NCBI GenBank assembly: GCA_001642005.1
Contig: LWCA01000105.1
Span: 1-54,067 of the forward strand
DNA length: 54,067 nt
Direction of reading: 5' to 3'
Origin: Intoshia linei
Lineage: Eukaryota > Animalia > Orthonectida
Position numbers and translations under genes: made by a program. Shown here piece after piece: positions 17,401 through 28,800 of the stretch; position 1 is the stretch's first letter; every line of letters begins with the position of its first letter. The notes under the pieces were generated by a model that did not search any database, was not told the origin of the DNA, and worked only from the letters and a program-made list of their open reading frames with translations.

Positions 17401-20400
17401 AAAAAGGTTGAAAACTCCTGCCGTAGAGTACCAATAAAAATATAAATTGTAAGTAAAAATATCGAATTCCCGATTTTGGGGGAATAGTGAAGATTTTAAT
17501 ATATATGAAAACGGTTACCCTCGATTGAGTTATCTACTGTTTGTACATATCAAAGCCGTGAACAGTGAGTAAGGAGAGGATAGAAGCCTATGACACGCCC
17601 GATCACCATGGACTTACTATTGTAATTAATATAATAAGTAATATTAGGAAAAACATTTTTCCAGCATGGTAACGCTGATAAAATTTAAACAATGCAAGGT
17701 GGAATAAAAATGTTATTTTAATTTATATATAGGGCACTTCAATTTTCGTTTAACCCGGACCACTCTTGCCTCTCCACTATTTTAATCCGCAGCACAAAAT
17801 GATAAACTAGTGCTTGTCTTACTCAATTACTAATGATTAGAGTCTAATCCAGGAGTTCCCACACTTTTTTCACGTTGGACCGGTAATAAATTAAAAAATT
17901 TATCGTGGATCAATTAATAGAAATTACTATCCCAAGTTAATACTATTTTGATAAAAATATAAAAAACGTAATAAATTGACTTGCAATTAGTAAAAATTTT
18001 GTCAAAATTATTTCGCCAACAAGTAATGGTCCTTGAACCGGCATTCGAGAACTGATCTAATCTATAATCTAGTAGTCACGACTCAAAATAAAAAAGTTTA
18101 CCTTTGCAAACTAAACTAACAATATCATTGGATTTATCCAACAAATCATCATAGTGTTGTAATTCTACATAATTTGTAACAATGGGATAACTTGCCATGG
18201 CCAATAGTTCATCTTTTCTGATCCAATCACCAACAGAAATAACGACCATATGAACATTTTTTCTTTTTAAATTTATTGTTTCTTTAATGGTGTCCATATG
18301 ATTATCGGATGCTCCATCTGTTACAATTATTGCCACTTTCTTAGCTTGGCCTCCGTTTTGATAAATTTGATTCAACAATTTAAGAGATTCTGCAGTATTC
18401 GTTGTACCAAGATCTGACTTGATGGTGTCAATATATGCCAACAATTCACTTTTTTTGTTATTAAATTGAGAAAACTCAAAATGCAGTTTAGCTTGGGTAG
18501 CATATGAAATTAATGAAATTCTAACATTTGATTGGGACACTGAAACTACATCATTTACAATTGATTTTACAAAATCTTTGGCTTTTTCAAAGTTTTCATT
18601 ACCAATACTTCCCGATGCATCCAAAACAAACGCTAAATCAATGACACTGTTGCATTTGCCATCTAATTTAAAAATACATATATTTACAATAATTACAAAC
18701 TACATACCGTCAACTGGCGCAGGCGTATTGCAAGAAAGTTTTGAAATTGGATCGAGTATTACGTTCAAATCCGTAAAATCAGTAGACTTAAAGTAATTTA
18801 AGCCTTCCTTATGTGGAGCAGAGGACAATTCAGCCAATAAATCAGTATCAACGTTATCTGTCACTCCCACTGTAAAAACTTTAATAGTTTTATGAACTTT
18901 TTTAATTTCATCTGACAATAATTCCTCATTTCGAGTGGGCATACCATCAGTTATCAATATAATGTAGTTATCTGCGTCACTTCTATCACCATTCGTTGAA
19001 GTAAATAATTCTGTTCTAGCCACATTTAATCCACCATAAGTGTTTGTAAAAGAATTTCTATGAGAAATTTCGAAAATTTTTTTCTTCAATTCTTCCTTAG
19101 TTAATCCAGAATTCAGTGGAATTTCCATTACTGCATCATATGAAAAAACAACGACGCCTACATTGACACTGTTAAAGTCAATTCGATCTATCACATCATT
19201 CATAAAATTCAATATAAGTTGCCAGTTGTCATAAGAACCGTCAGGGGGATTATTATCTCTAATGCTACCGGATGAATCGATAACGAAAGCAAGGTCCATT
19301 TTGTTGCCACATTCTAAAATTTACTATAAAAACTTTTAAATTTTTTAACCTGATTGACGCGTAGTTGTTGTGGTAGTTAATGCCCGTGTAGTTGTTGTAA
19401 CTTCAGGGCAGATGCTTTGAGAAATTGGGTTCTGTATCGCCTGTAAATTTGTGAAACTTGTACTTTTAAAGTAATTTCGTCCTTCTATATGAGGATAAGA
19501 AGACATTTCAGCTAATAAATCAGAATCAATGTTTTTTGTTACACCCACAGCAAAAACGTTGATATTTTTATGAATTTCGATAATTTCATCTGCCAACAAT
19601 TCTTCGTTTCGAGTCGGCATGCCATCAGTTATGAGTATAATGTAATTATCTGCGTCGGCTCTATCACCATTTTGTTGAGTAAACAATTCATTTCTAGCGA
19701 CATTTAATCCACCATACGTGTTTGTAAAAGAATTTCTAAATTGAATTTCAAAAATTCTCTTCTTTAAGTCTTCTTTATTCAAGCCAGAATTGAATGGAAT
19801 TTCCATCGTTGCATCATATGAAAAAACAACTACACCGATCTTGACTTTTTCATAATCAAGTTTATCAATAAGGGCATTAACAAAATTTAAAATAAGTTCC
19901 CAATTATCGTAAGATCCGTCTTTTGGATTATTATCCCTAATACTACCTGACGAATCAATAACAAATGCCATGTCAATTTTACTACCACAATCTAAAATAA
20001 AAATTATTTATTATAAAATATTATTTAACCAGGATTTATGATAGGAGTTGTCCAAGGGGTTGTAGTTATAGGTGTTGTAGTGGTAATAGTTGTTGTTGTA
20101 GTAGTTGTAGAACAAGAAACGCGAGAAATGGGATCAATAACTACATTCAAATTATCGTAATCAATAGATGTAAAGTAATTCTGATTATATCGATGAGGAG
20201 GTGATGACAAAATTTTAAGCCATGCTTCATCAATTTTTTCTGTAACACCGATCGAATATATTTTTACGCCATCAGCTAATAGTTTGTCAAGTTGAGGTTG
20301 AATTTTTTCTACCTCCTTAGTGGGCACTCCATCCGTAATTATTATCAGGTAGTTATCAGCTTCACTCCGATCGCCATTCCTGACTGTAAACATTTCTTCT

Positions 20401-20801
20401 TCTGCCATCTTTAATCCTTGATAAGTGTTTGTGTCTAACCCCAAATGCTGAAGGCCCATTATTCTTGCCGTCAATTGTTGTTTTGAAAAGTTATTGTTAA
20501 ATGGAATTATGAAACGGGACACTGAGGAAAATAATATTAAAGATATTCTAATTGATCCATTATCAATATTAAATCTATCTATTACGTCCACTATGAATTT
20601 TGTTGTTGAATTCCAGTTTATGTATTTTATATCCTCGGGTAATCCATCAGTTATGCTACCTGAAGAATCCACTAAAAATCCCAAATCTATGGTACCGTCA
20701 CATTCTAAAATAAAATTTTGAGTGTATATAAATTTCTAAATATTACGTCCAAAAATTTGATGTATGTACCCAAAAATAAATAAACACAAGAAAAACTTCA
20801 T
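14444..20801 (-). CDS. Secreted multi-vWA protein 1: SP-vWA x4-EGF-vWA-EGF-vWA (matrilin/collagen VI-type vWA domains)
   Basis: Signal exon 20801-20747 (MKFFLCLFIFGYIHQIFG). vWA exons 20704-20030, 19991-19350, 19313-18708, 18662-18102. EGF exon 15884-~15774 (DNNECSNNICNYGTCENLIGGYICYCQDFYNGKNC). Final exons ~15737-15532 and 15493-14444. DxSGS and TDG MIDAS motifs; Thr-rich linkers. Confidence 0.88.
16490..16687 (+). mobile_element. Family A MITE right half
   Basis: Shared internal block ending in aaagttgccgacccctg. Confidence 0.7.
17007..17420. mobile_element. hAT MITE with 8-bp TSD
   Basis: TIRs CAGTGGTTTTCA / TGAAAACTCCTG; flanks ccgtacag / ccgtagag (7/8). Confidence 0.8.
17850..18054. 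mobile_element. hAT MITE with 8-bp TSD
   Basis: CAG...CTG ends; flanks gtctaatc / atctaatc (7/8). Related to 41711-41913 and to the left end of the element at 9543. Confidence 0.7.
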
Positions 20802-21715
20802 ATTTTTTAAAATTTAAATTAAATTAACTGACAAAAATTGATTCAATATAATATTTATAATGTTTTATTCGAAATTGGTCATTTTACATATTCTACTAAC
20901 CTAAATCTTTTGTAATTGCAAGTATATTTAAACAAATCAAGTAATGGTTAGTTTTTTGTTAAGTAAATTTTTTTATTTTTATTCTACTTTCTAGATACAA
21001 TTAATTTTAGTTTCCATTCGAATATTTAAAATTGTATTAATTTAATATTAATTATAGTGTTGAATTATTTACATTTATTAATTATAATTATTTTGTATTT
21101 ATTTTCTGCTACTACCAAAACTTACATTTCATTTGACACAATTAAATTTTTATCACGTATATGAACAATTTCATTGTACAATTTATACTTTAATTGATAT
21201 TTGTAGCTATACATTTCAACGTGTTGGTTATAATTAAAATAAATAATGTGTCAATGAATGAAATTATTCTTTTGGTAAATCAATCTGTATAACGTTAATT
21301 CATCATGTAAAATTAAGACAAGCTTTTTGTATAAATTGGAATCACGATATTTTCACTTTTGAAAATAGTTTTGACCGAGAAAAATCTACATAACAGTCAG
21401 TCTACATTATAGACTATAATATTTAGTTTCAGTTTATTTAAAACCAAAAATTGTAGGTTATTCTTTCTAACAGACCAAATAAGATAAATTTAAATTTGAC
21501 AAATCTGCAATGCACATTGTTCATCTTCACGATCAAAAACGAGATTACCATTTTATTTTATTACCCATAATTTTGATTTATATTAACAAAAAATTTTGAA
21601 AATAAAAAATAATCAATAGTGTCAAAATCTTAGAAAAAGTAAAGGTAAATGTATGTTTAATAAATAATTATTTAATAATTTAATGTTATGTAAATAACTA
21701 CAAAAATATAAAAAT

Positions 21716-24700
21716 TTAACATTGTGTAAATTTTTGTATATTGTTATAAATTTGATTAGTCAAATTATTGAGTAGCATATAATCTGAAGCCATAAAATAA
21801 TTTTCATTCATTTTCTGAGGATACCCAGATGACTGTTTCAAAAAATCTATTGTAACATCCTTTGTTATACCAATACTATAACTTTGTGATTTCATTCGTA
21901 GCAATTCAATTTCTTTATCAACCATGTTTTCTTTGTAATTTGGCATACCATCCGTGATTAATATGACATTATTGGGTACATTTGTTCGATCACCATGCTC
22001 GTATGTGAATAATGATTTTCTTGCTATATTAAATGCACTGTAGGTGTTTGTATATGATCCGACAAAATTCAAATTCTTTATTTTTTCAATTAATTCTTGT
22101 TTACTCAGTTTATTATTTAAATAAATTTCTATTGTTGATTCATAGGAGAATACTATCACACCAATACGCATTTCATAAAAATTATCAAATTTATCAATAA
22201 GTCGAGTGACAAAATTTAACATTAATTGCCAATTAGTATAAGTACTATCCAATGCAGGATTGTCCAAAATACTACCAGATGAATCAATTAAAAACGCCAA
22301 GTCCATTTTGGAACAAACTACAATTGTACAATTAAAATGTTAAAGTAAAAGACAATAAAAATAATATGTAATACAGGCTAATTCCTCGTTAACAGAATTT
22401 TTTATATATAATGTATACATTAAAATAATAGCTCCCGATTAGGATCCAAAATTATATGCCTGGGGGCCCGTGAGATTCAAATATAATGTACACAAATTTT
22501 GATCAAGTTAGTTTATTTTTATAGGAGAATTTTTAATATTTATTGCAGAGTTTCTAGATCAGGGGTGCACAACGTGCGACGTGGGCAATACATCTGATCA
22601 TAATGCAATATATCATTTTACTTCAAATTGAAAAGTTAAAATGAGATTTTATTCAAGGTCTATTTAAAATATTTTAATCAAATAGTTACATTATTGACTT
22701 TGTTCCAGTTTCTCAAAGGTTAGCGAAGGGCACACAAAATCAAGGCTGTCACTGATATCTTTTTTTATGTAATTATTAATATTTACATATTTTTTTTATG
22801 TCTTCCACTCTAATGTATCAACAAATCGGTTTTTAATAGAACTTTTTTCTTTTGTCCAATTATTATTAATTATTTACCGATAAATTAATGATTAATGTTT
22901 TTTCAAAAAAATATTAGTAAAAGGAGATTTTTCAATTTTTTTTTAAATTAGGTTTTTTCTTATGGAATCAGTCAAAAGAATTATTGATCTAAAAATTCGA
23001 TAAAATGGGATTTTTCATAAAAATATTGGTAAGAGCGATTTTTTCTTTAAGGGTTGGTAAAATTTGGTTTTTTCTTTTGGAATCAGATATGGTAGTTTTT
23101 ATTCTAAAACTTTGGTAAAAATAGATTTTTAAAAAAAATATTGGTAAAAAGGGATTACTTCTTTAAGGGTTGATAAAATTTTGGTTTTTCTCATTGCATT
23201 ATATTAAATTGGATGATTTAATGAAATATGTTGAAAATTGTAGATTCACCTACAACCATCTAAATTTTTGTATCCACCCCTTGGGGTGACCAGTCACCCC
23301 ATGAGAAGCACTGCATTAATCCTAGTATTGCTATTTATTCCGATTCAGATAAATGACAAATATGGTGTTAATTTATATGAGTAAATTAAGGATTAATTTT
23401 AATTGAAAATTATTAATTAAAACTTGCTGATATTAAAATTTAAAAAAAACTATTTTATTAGATCTAAGATTTAGGTCCAGAGTAAACTTTCTCAATGTCA
23501 AAGTAAATTTTGTGCGACCGTAGTATCAATGAGAAAAGTAGCTTGTGTTTAATCTTAATCTAATATTAATCTTATGAGCAACAACTTCCTAATACAAAAC
23601 CCAAAATAAAAAATAGAATTTTATCAACCCTCAATAAAAAATCCTCTTTTTACAATATTTGATTAAAAAACACGATTTTACTAAATCCTATGATGAAAAA
23701 CCTTTAATTTTTTCATCAATGTTTTATATTTCATGTTTTCCTTAGAGTCCAAAAAAATAAATATTTTGAAATGGAGTTAGGGTTGCCAACTGCGTTATTT
23801 TCCGCCTGAGACTTCGGGTATTCAAATTCAACTCAGAGGTCAGGGTTAAGTGATATTTCTCAGAGTGATTTAATTATTTCAATCATAATCATTTGAAATG
23901 TGCTATTTGCTATTTGTTATGAAAAATTTAAAGTATTCATTTTGAAATTTGCAATAAAAATTGTGTGTAAACTGTTATTATATTTTAAAAAAAAGACCCC
24001 AAAGTAAAAGAGGGCCCCAAAAAATTTTTTAAATAACAAAAAAAATAATACGCTTCAGCCAAATTTTTCGCTCAAAAAATCGGGTTGAGAATAACTTAAC
24101 TTAATCATGTTGGTAACCCTATATGGGGTCTGTACACCATTTTAACCGGGAACCACAACAATTTAAATTCAATTTAAAACAATATAAAATGAAAATATTT
24201 TGTTTTACATTTCACTTAACCTATATTTTCAGGATATTTTATTTCATATAATTAATAATCAACCATTATTTTCATCATTAATCAAGAAGAAAATAAAATG
24301 TTTTACGTATCTAAAGGTTTTAATTTGAACCGAAAAAGCTTTAGTATAATTATGAAATTAGTCATTTTAAGTAAAAATTTGACGGAATTTTTGTACTTTA
24401 GAAATAGTAATATTTCTAAATTAATAGAAACTTTAAAAATTCAAGTCCATTAATCATAAATTTTTTACCATTAATTAGGAATTAGCCTGTAATAATAATT
24501 TAGTTTAATGTACCCTGAGATATGGGAGTAGTATTTATTGGTGATGGACCAATTGTAAAACTATATTCATTTATTCCACAGAATCCCTTCAAAAAAGGAT
24601 TAATCACACTACTCAAAGTATTAAAATGTTTCGTTAAAAAATAATTTGTATTATATATTGGTGGATGCGAGACCACCGATTCAATCCACTTTTTATCAAT

Positions 24701-25268
24701 TTTATCAGTTATTCCAATAGCATATATTTCTACGTTTAATTTTTTCAAAATTTCTAGTTGTGCCTTAACGTTATCGTCATTTGAACCAGGAGTTCCGTCA
24801 GTCACAACAATCAACTTATTTGGAACGTCAGGTCTATCTCCATTATCAGTATTGAACATGTCGATTCTAACTCGTTTTAAACCTGCAACGAAATTTGAGT
24901 TTAGTCCCAAATATTCCAATCTCATTAATTTCGCTCTCAACCCTTTCTTAGTGAACTTATCATTAAATTTTATCTTATATAATGATACTGTGGAAAATGT
25001 CACTAAACTTATCCTAACTGAATCATTTTCTGTTTTAAACTTGCTTATTAAATTCCAAAGAAAGGTTTTTATTAAATTCCAATTGTCTATTGAGCCATTA
25101 ATATAAAATTCGGAGCATACACTTCCCGATGAATCCACCAGAAATCCAATATCCATTTTTTTCTCGCATGCTAATTTTTTATATAAACGTTTTACATACA
25201 TTACCTCCGCGTAATTGATTCAACAGTAATATTAATGTAATTTGCAAACTTAAGAGTATAACATTCAT
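21716..25268 (-). CDS. Secreted vWA protein 2: SP-vWA-vWA
   Basis: Exon 25268-25205 encodes the signal peptide MNVILLSLQITLILLLNQLRG. Exons 25170-24514 and 22317-21716 each encode one vWA domain with DSSGS and TDG. Phase-1 introns. Confidence 0.82.
22900..23230. repeat. ~30-bp degenerate minisatellite array
   Basis: Repeated aagggttggtaaaat...ggttttt/gattttt units; an inverted array lies at about 23590-23710. Confidence 0.65.
23778..24121. mobile_element. hAT MITE with TAGGG-type TIR
   Basis: TIRs TAGGGTTGCCAAC / GTTGGTAACCCTA (12/13); flanks aatggagt / tatggggt (6/8). Confidence 0.7.
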
Positions 25269-25889
25269 TTTAAAATTTATTGAAACTATTATAATGAAAT
25301 TTCCGCTGGGCCGTAATTATAATGAATCAAATTTTTCAATTATACAAGTATTACTTTTATAATTGATTATTAAATTGCTTAAATTTTAACTTTAATTAAT
25401 CATTTCTATTGCGTGCAAATTCGCGTAATACCGATTAAATTATAATTGTTAATATCGAATCAAAATTGTATTTACGCTACGTTTATTATATCCATTTAAA
25501 TTTGACTAAAATTGATTGTTCATGATCAATACATGTATTTAAACCATAAAAGTGTAATTATAATCGAAATAAAGCGTGAAGAATACCAGTGTAGTTACAA
25601 ATAATAATTAAGGTAATTTTTTAAATAACCTAACGACTGATTTTTAGTAACTTTAAAAAAACATTTCCAACTTGGAATGCCGCACTAACTTTAAATTTAT
25701 AAATAAGCAAAAAATATAATATGGGCCCAAGTTTCTATCCAATTTATCTATGTAATATTATTTCATAAAATTTCCAAAATGGTTATAAAATGGCCCTCGG
25801 ACCACACGTTGAAAATGGCTGAGTTAATGCATGACTATTACTACTACACATTTGTAGTCTAATTTTAAATTTATTAATTGTTAAATTTT

Positions 25890-28800
25890 TTACTGAATAA
25901 GCAATAACAAAATATACATAACTTGAAACGAAATAATATTAAAATTTGAATGTCCTAAATAGGCATTGGTAAAATTTGGTTTCGAGATTTCTGAGTATTG
26001 TTTAGATTCTGTAGGGTGTAAATTCGTTCCATAGAATGTAATAGTAAAATCAACCAAACGAGCTAATTTTTTTTATATTAAATTTACAAAACTATTAAAA
26101 ATATACCTGTCGATTCGTTAGTATCGACTATAAGATACCATTGACCATGTGGATTTTCACCCCAAAATTGAACGGATAAAAATGACCAATTGACAATTCC
26201 TACAGCAGTTAAATCTTTAGGTCGATTGAATAATAAAGTTGATTGTGTTTTCATTGGTGAAATTAGAATTAATGCCACTTCACCACGAACTGAAGCTTCC
26301 AAATGAATTTTTAAAACAACATGCTCAATGTAACGAACAGTCGAACCAGTTTCAAATATATCAGTTTTATTTAAACACCCGTGTATATCTACAGTAAATG
26401 TGGCAGAAGATTCAGAAAGTATCAATCTAATATAAAGTTGAATAGAATACATGTAAAACAGGGGTCGGCAACCAGTGGTCCGTAGGTCAAAAATTGCCCA
26501 CAGAATAATTTTACTGGGGTTTTGAGTAGATATGTAAATTATTTATTTTTCAACTATTAAACACCGTTTTAAACATTTTCTACTATAATTGGCTCATTAT
26601 AATCATTTTCATTCTGAATTTTCAAATCGCTTGGATATTATTTTGTTGAATATACTAGAACCGTTTCTCTTAAGTTAGGATTGAAATGTATCGTGTAAAA
26701 TTTCAAAAATGGGGCCCGTAGAATTTTTTGATATAAAAAAGTCGCTCACGAGACGCAAAAGGTTGCCGATCCTTGATGTACAATACAAGTACCATGTACG
26801 AGTAAAATAAAAAGTTTACTTCGAATTCACTATCGCATATATTGAACAATTATGATGTAATGGTACAGTTCTCCAGGTTTTAGCCAAATGGATCATTGCT
26901 TCTGCATCCAACATTCCATAACCATAATGAGGAGAATCTATACATAACAGATGTATATATTATAACCTGGACAATTTTTTATTGACCTATAGATTAACAA
27001 AAAACTAACCTAAAAATGAAATTTACTGACTTTATTTGACCTTAAAATTTTTGTGTGTTTCTATGGTTAATACCAATTGAATCTACCGTACCCAAACCTT
27101 CCTTTCGCAGGCCTTAAATTAAATCAATACAATATTTAATACACCTTAATTTTAATATTCGCATAGGCCCCGATCATGATGGTGTCGGTCACTTTACATA
27201 ATAAATTAATATTAATAAAACTTAAAATAAAGAATATTTATGCGTGTAATAATAAATATGAATAACAATAAACTGCAAATGAAACAAACAATATAAATCT
27301 CATTGTGTGATGTTAGATATGTTGAAAATTAATAATGTTTATTGTAGTATAACATAATATACTTCCTAACATTATCTGGTAAAAATATGGCGCTTTTCTT
27401 AATAAATTGTATAGATAAGGTGGTATTTGTTCAATTTTATTGTTCTTTATATCATAAATATCATTTTTTTAAAAATTTTGTATTTGTCTCTTGCCACAGA
27501 GCTTGATCAGTGGGCAATGAATTGCAATATTTTTGAAAATAAAATTATAACCACTCATAAAAAATTATTAAGTCATATTGGAATCTGCTCGCTGAAATTT
27601 TACATTTTAACAGTTAATACAATATTATTTTCAATATAGTTACAAATTTTAACTTACAATGAATAATTTATAGGTTCATTTAATGTGCTGTTTTTTAAAC
27701 TAAATGACTGTACTTGAGAAACGTTATTGTGTTTCAACTTACCGCCCCTAACCATATAATTTCATTGTTTTTGCAAATGAGTTACATTGTGAGTTCCCAA
27801 CCTACCGTGCCCATAGAAATGGAGAGCCATCTGTAGGTCCGGTTAGATGAAATTGTAGGCCCCTATAAAAATCTAAAACAATTAAACCTAGACTCTATGC
27901 ATTGTTTAATCTATCGTTCATTATCTATAAATTAGGATATCCGTTGGAAATCACATTGGATATAGAAATTAAAAAAAAATATTTTTTAAATTATCTATTG
28001 TATACTTAAGAAACTATCCAAGATTACCTTCTAATAAATTTAAAATGTAGGCCCTCATGATTGCAGACCGGACAATATTGCCCTAACCACCTCTCCACGG
28101 CGCTGACGTTGCCGAGGCCTCTTTTCGGGAGATCGACAAGATTTTTGTAAAAAAGGAGCCTCGTTTTTCCAAAGTCAACATTAAAAAATTATATTCATAA
28201 ATATCATAACTATTTTGTTTGTTAAATTTAAAATTCCAATTCAAGAGTCTTGGAAGTGGTTAGGGATATATGAATCTACGCATCAGTTCCAAAAATTTAT
28301 TTAGGGTCCATTTTTCATTTTCGGTGACCTCGAGCTCGTAAGTTCGGCTCTGGTCGTTGTGATAACCCTGTAGTACAAGATAAAATTACATTCTAATCCA
28401 TTTCCATTTTTGGACCATGATTTGGACTGTAAATCTCCTTTTTTTGAACTAAGTACAATAATATGTTGTATGTCTCTCCAAGTTAAATTTTTACTAAAAA
28501 GTATTTAGGTTTGATCATTTTTAAAAATTATTAAAATTAATAACGCATATAATTTATGCATATTCTATATATTATAATCAGAGCCAAACCTACCAAGCTT
28601 GAGGCGACAATAAAATGAAAAATAGGCCTAAAAATAATTGCAAATGATGGGCAGTGTCATATATCCTAACCACATCTCCAAGACTCGTGACTTAGCAATT
28701 TTAATTTAACAAACAAAATAGTCCCGATATTCAAAAATATAATTTTTTAATGTTCAATTTAGAAAAACGAGGAAACTCTTTGACAAAAATTTCGTCGAGC

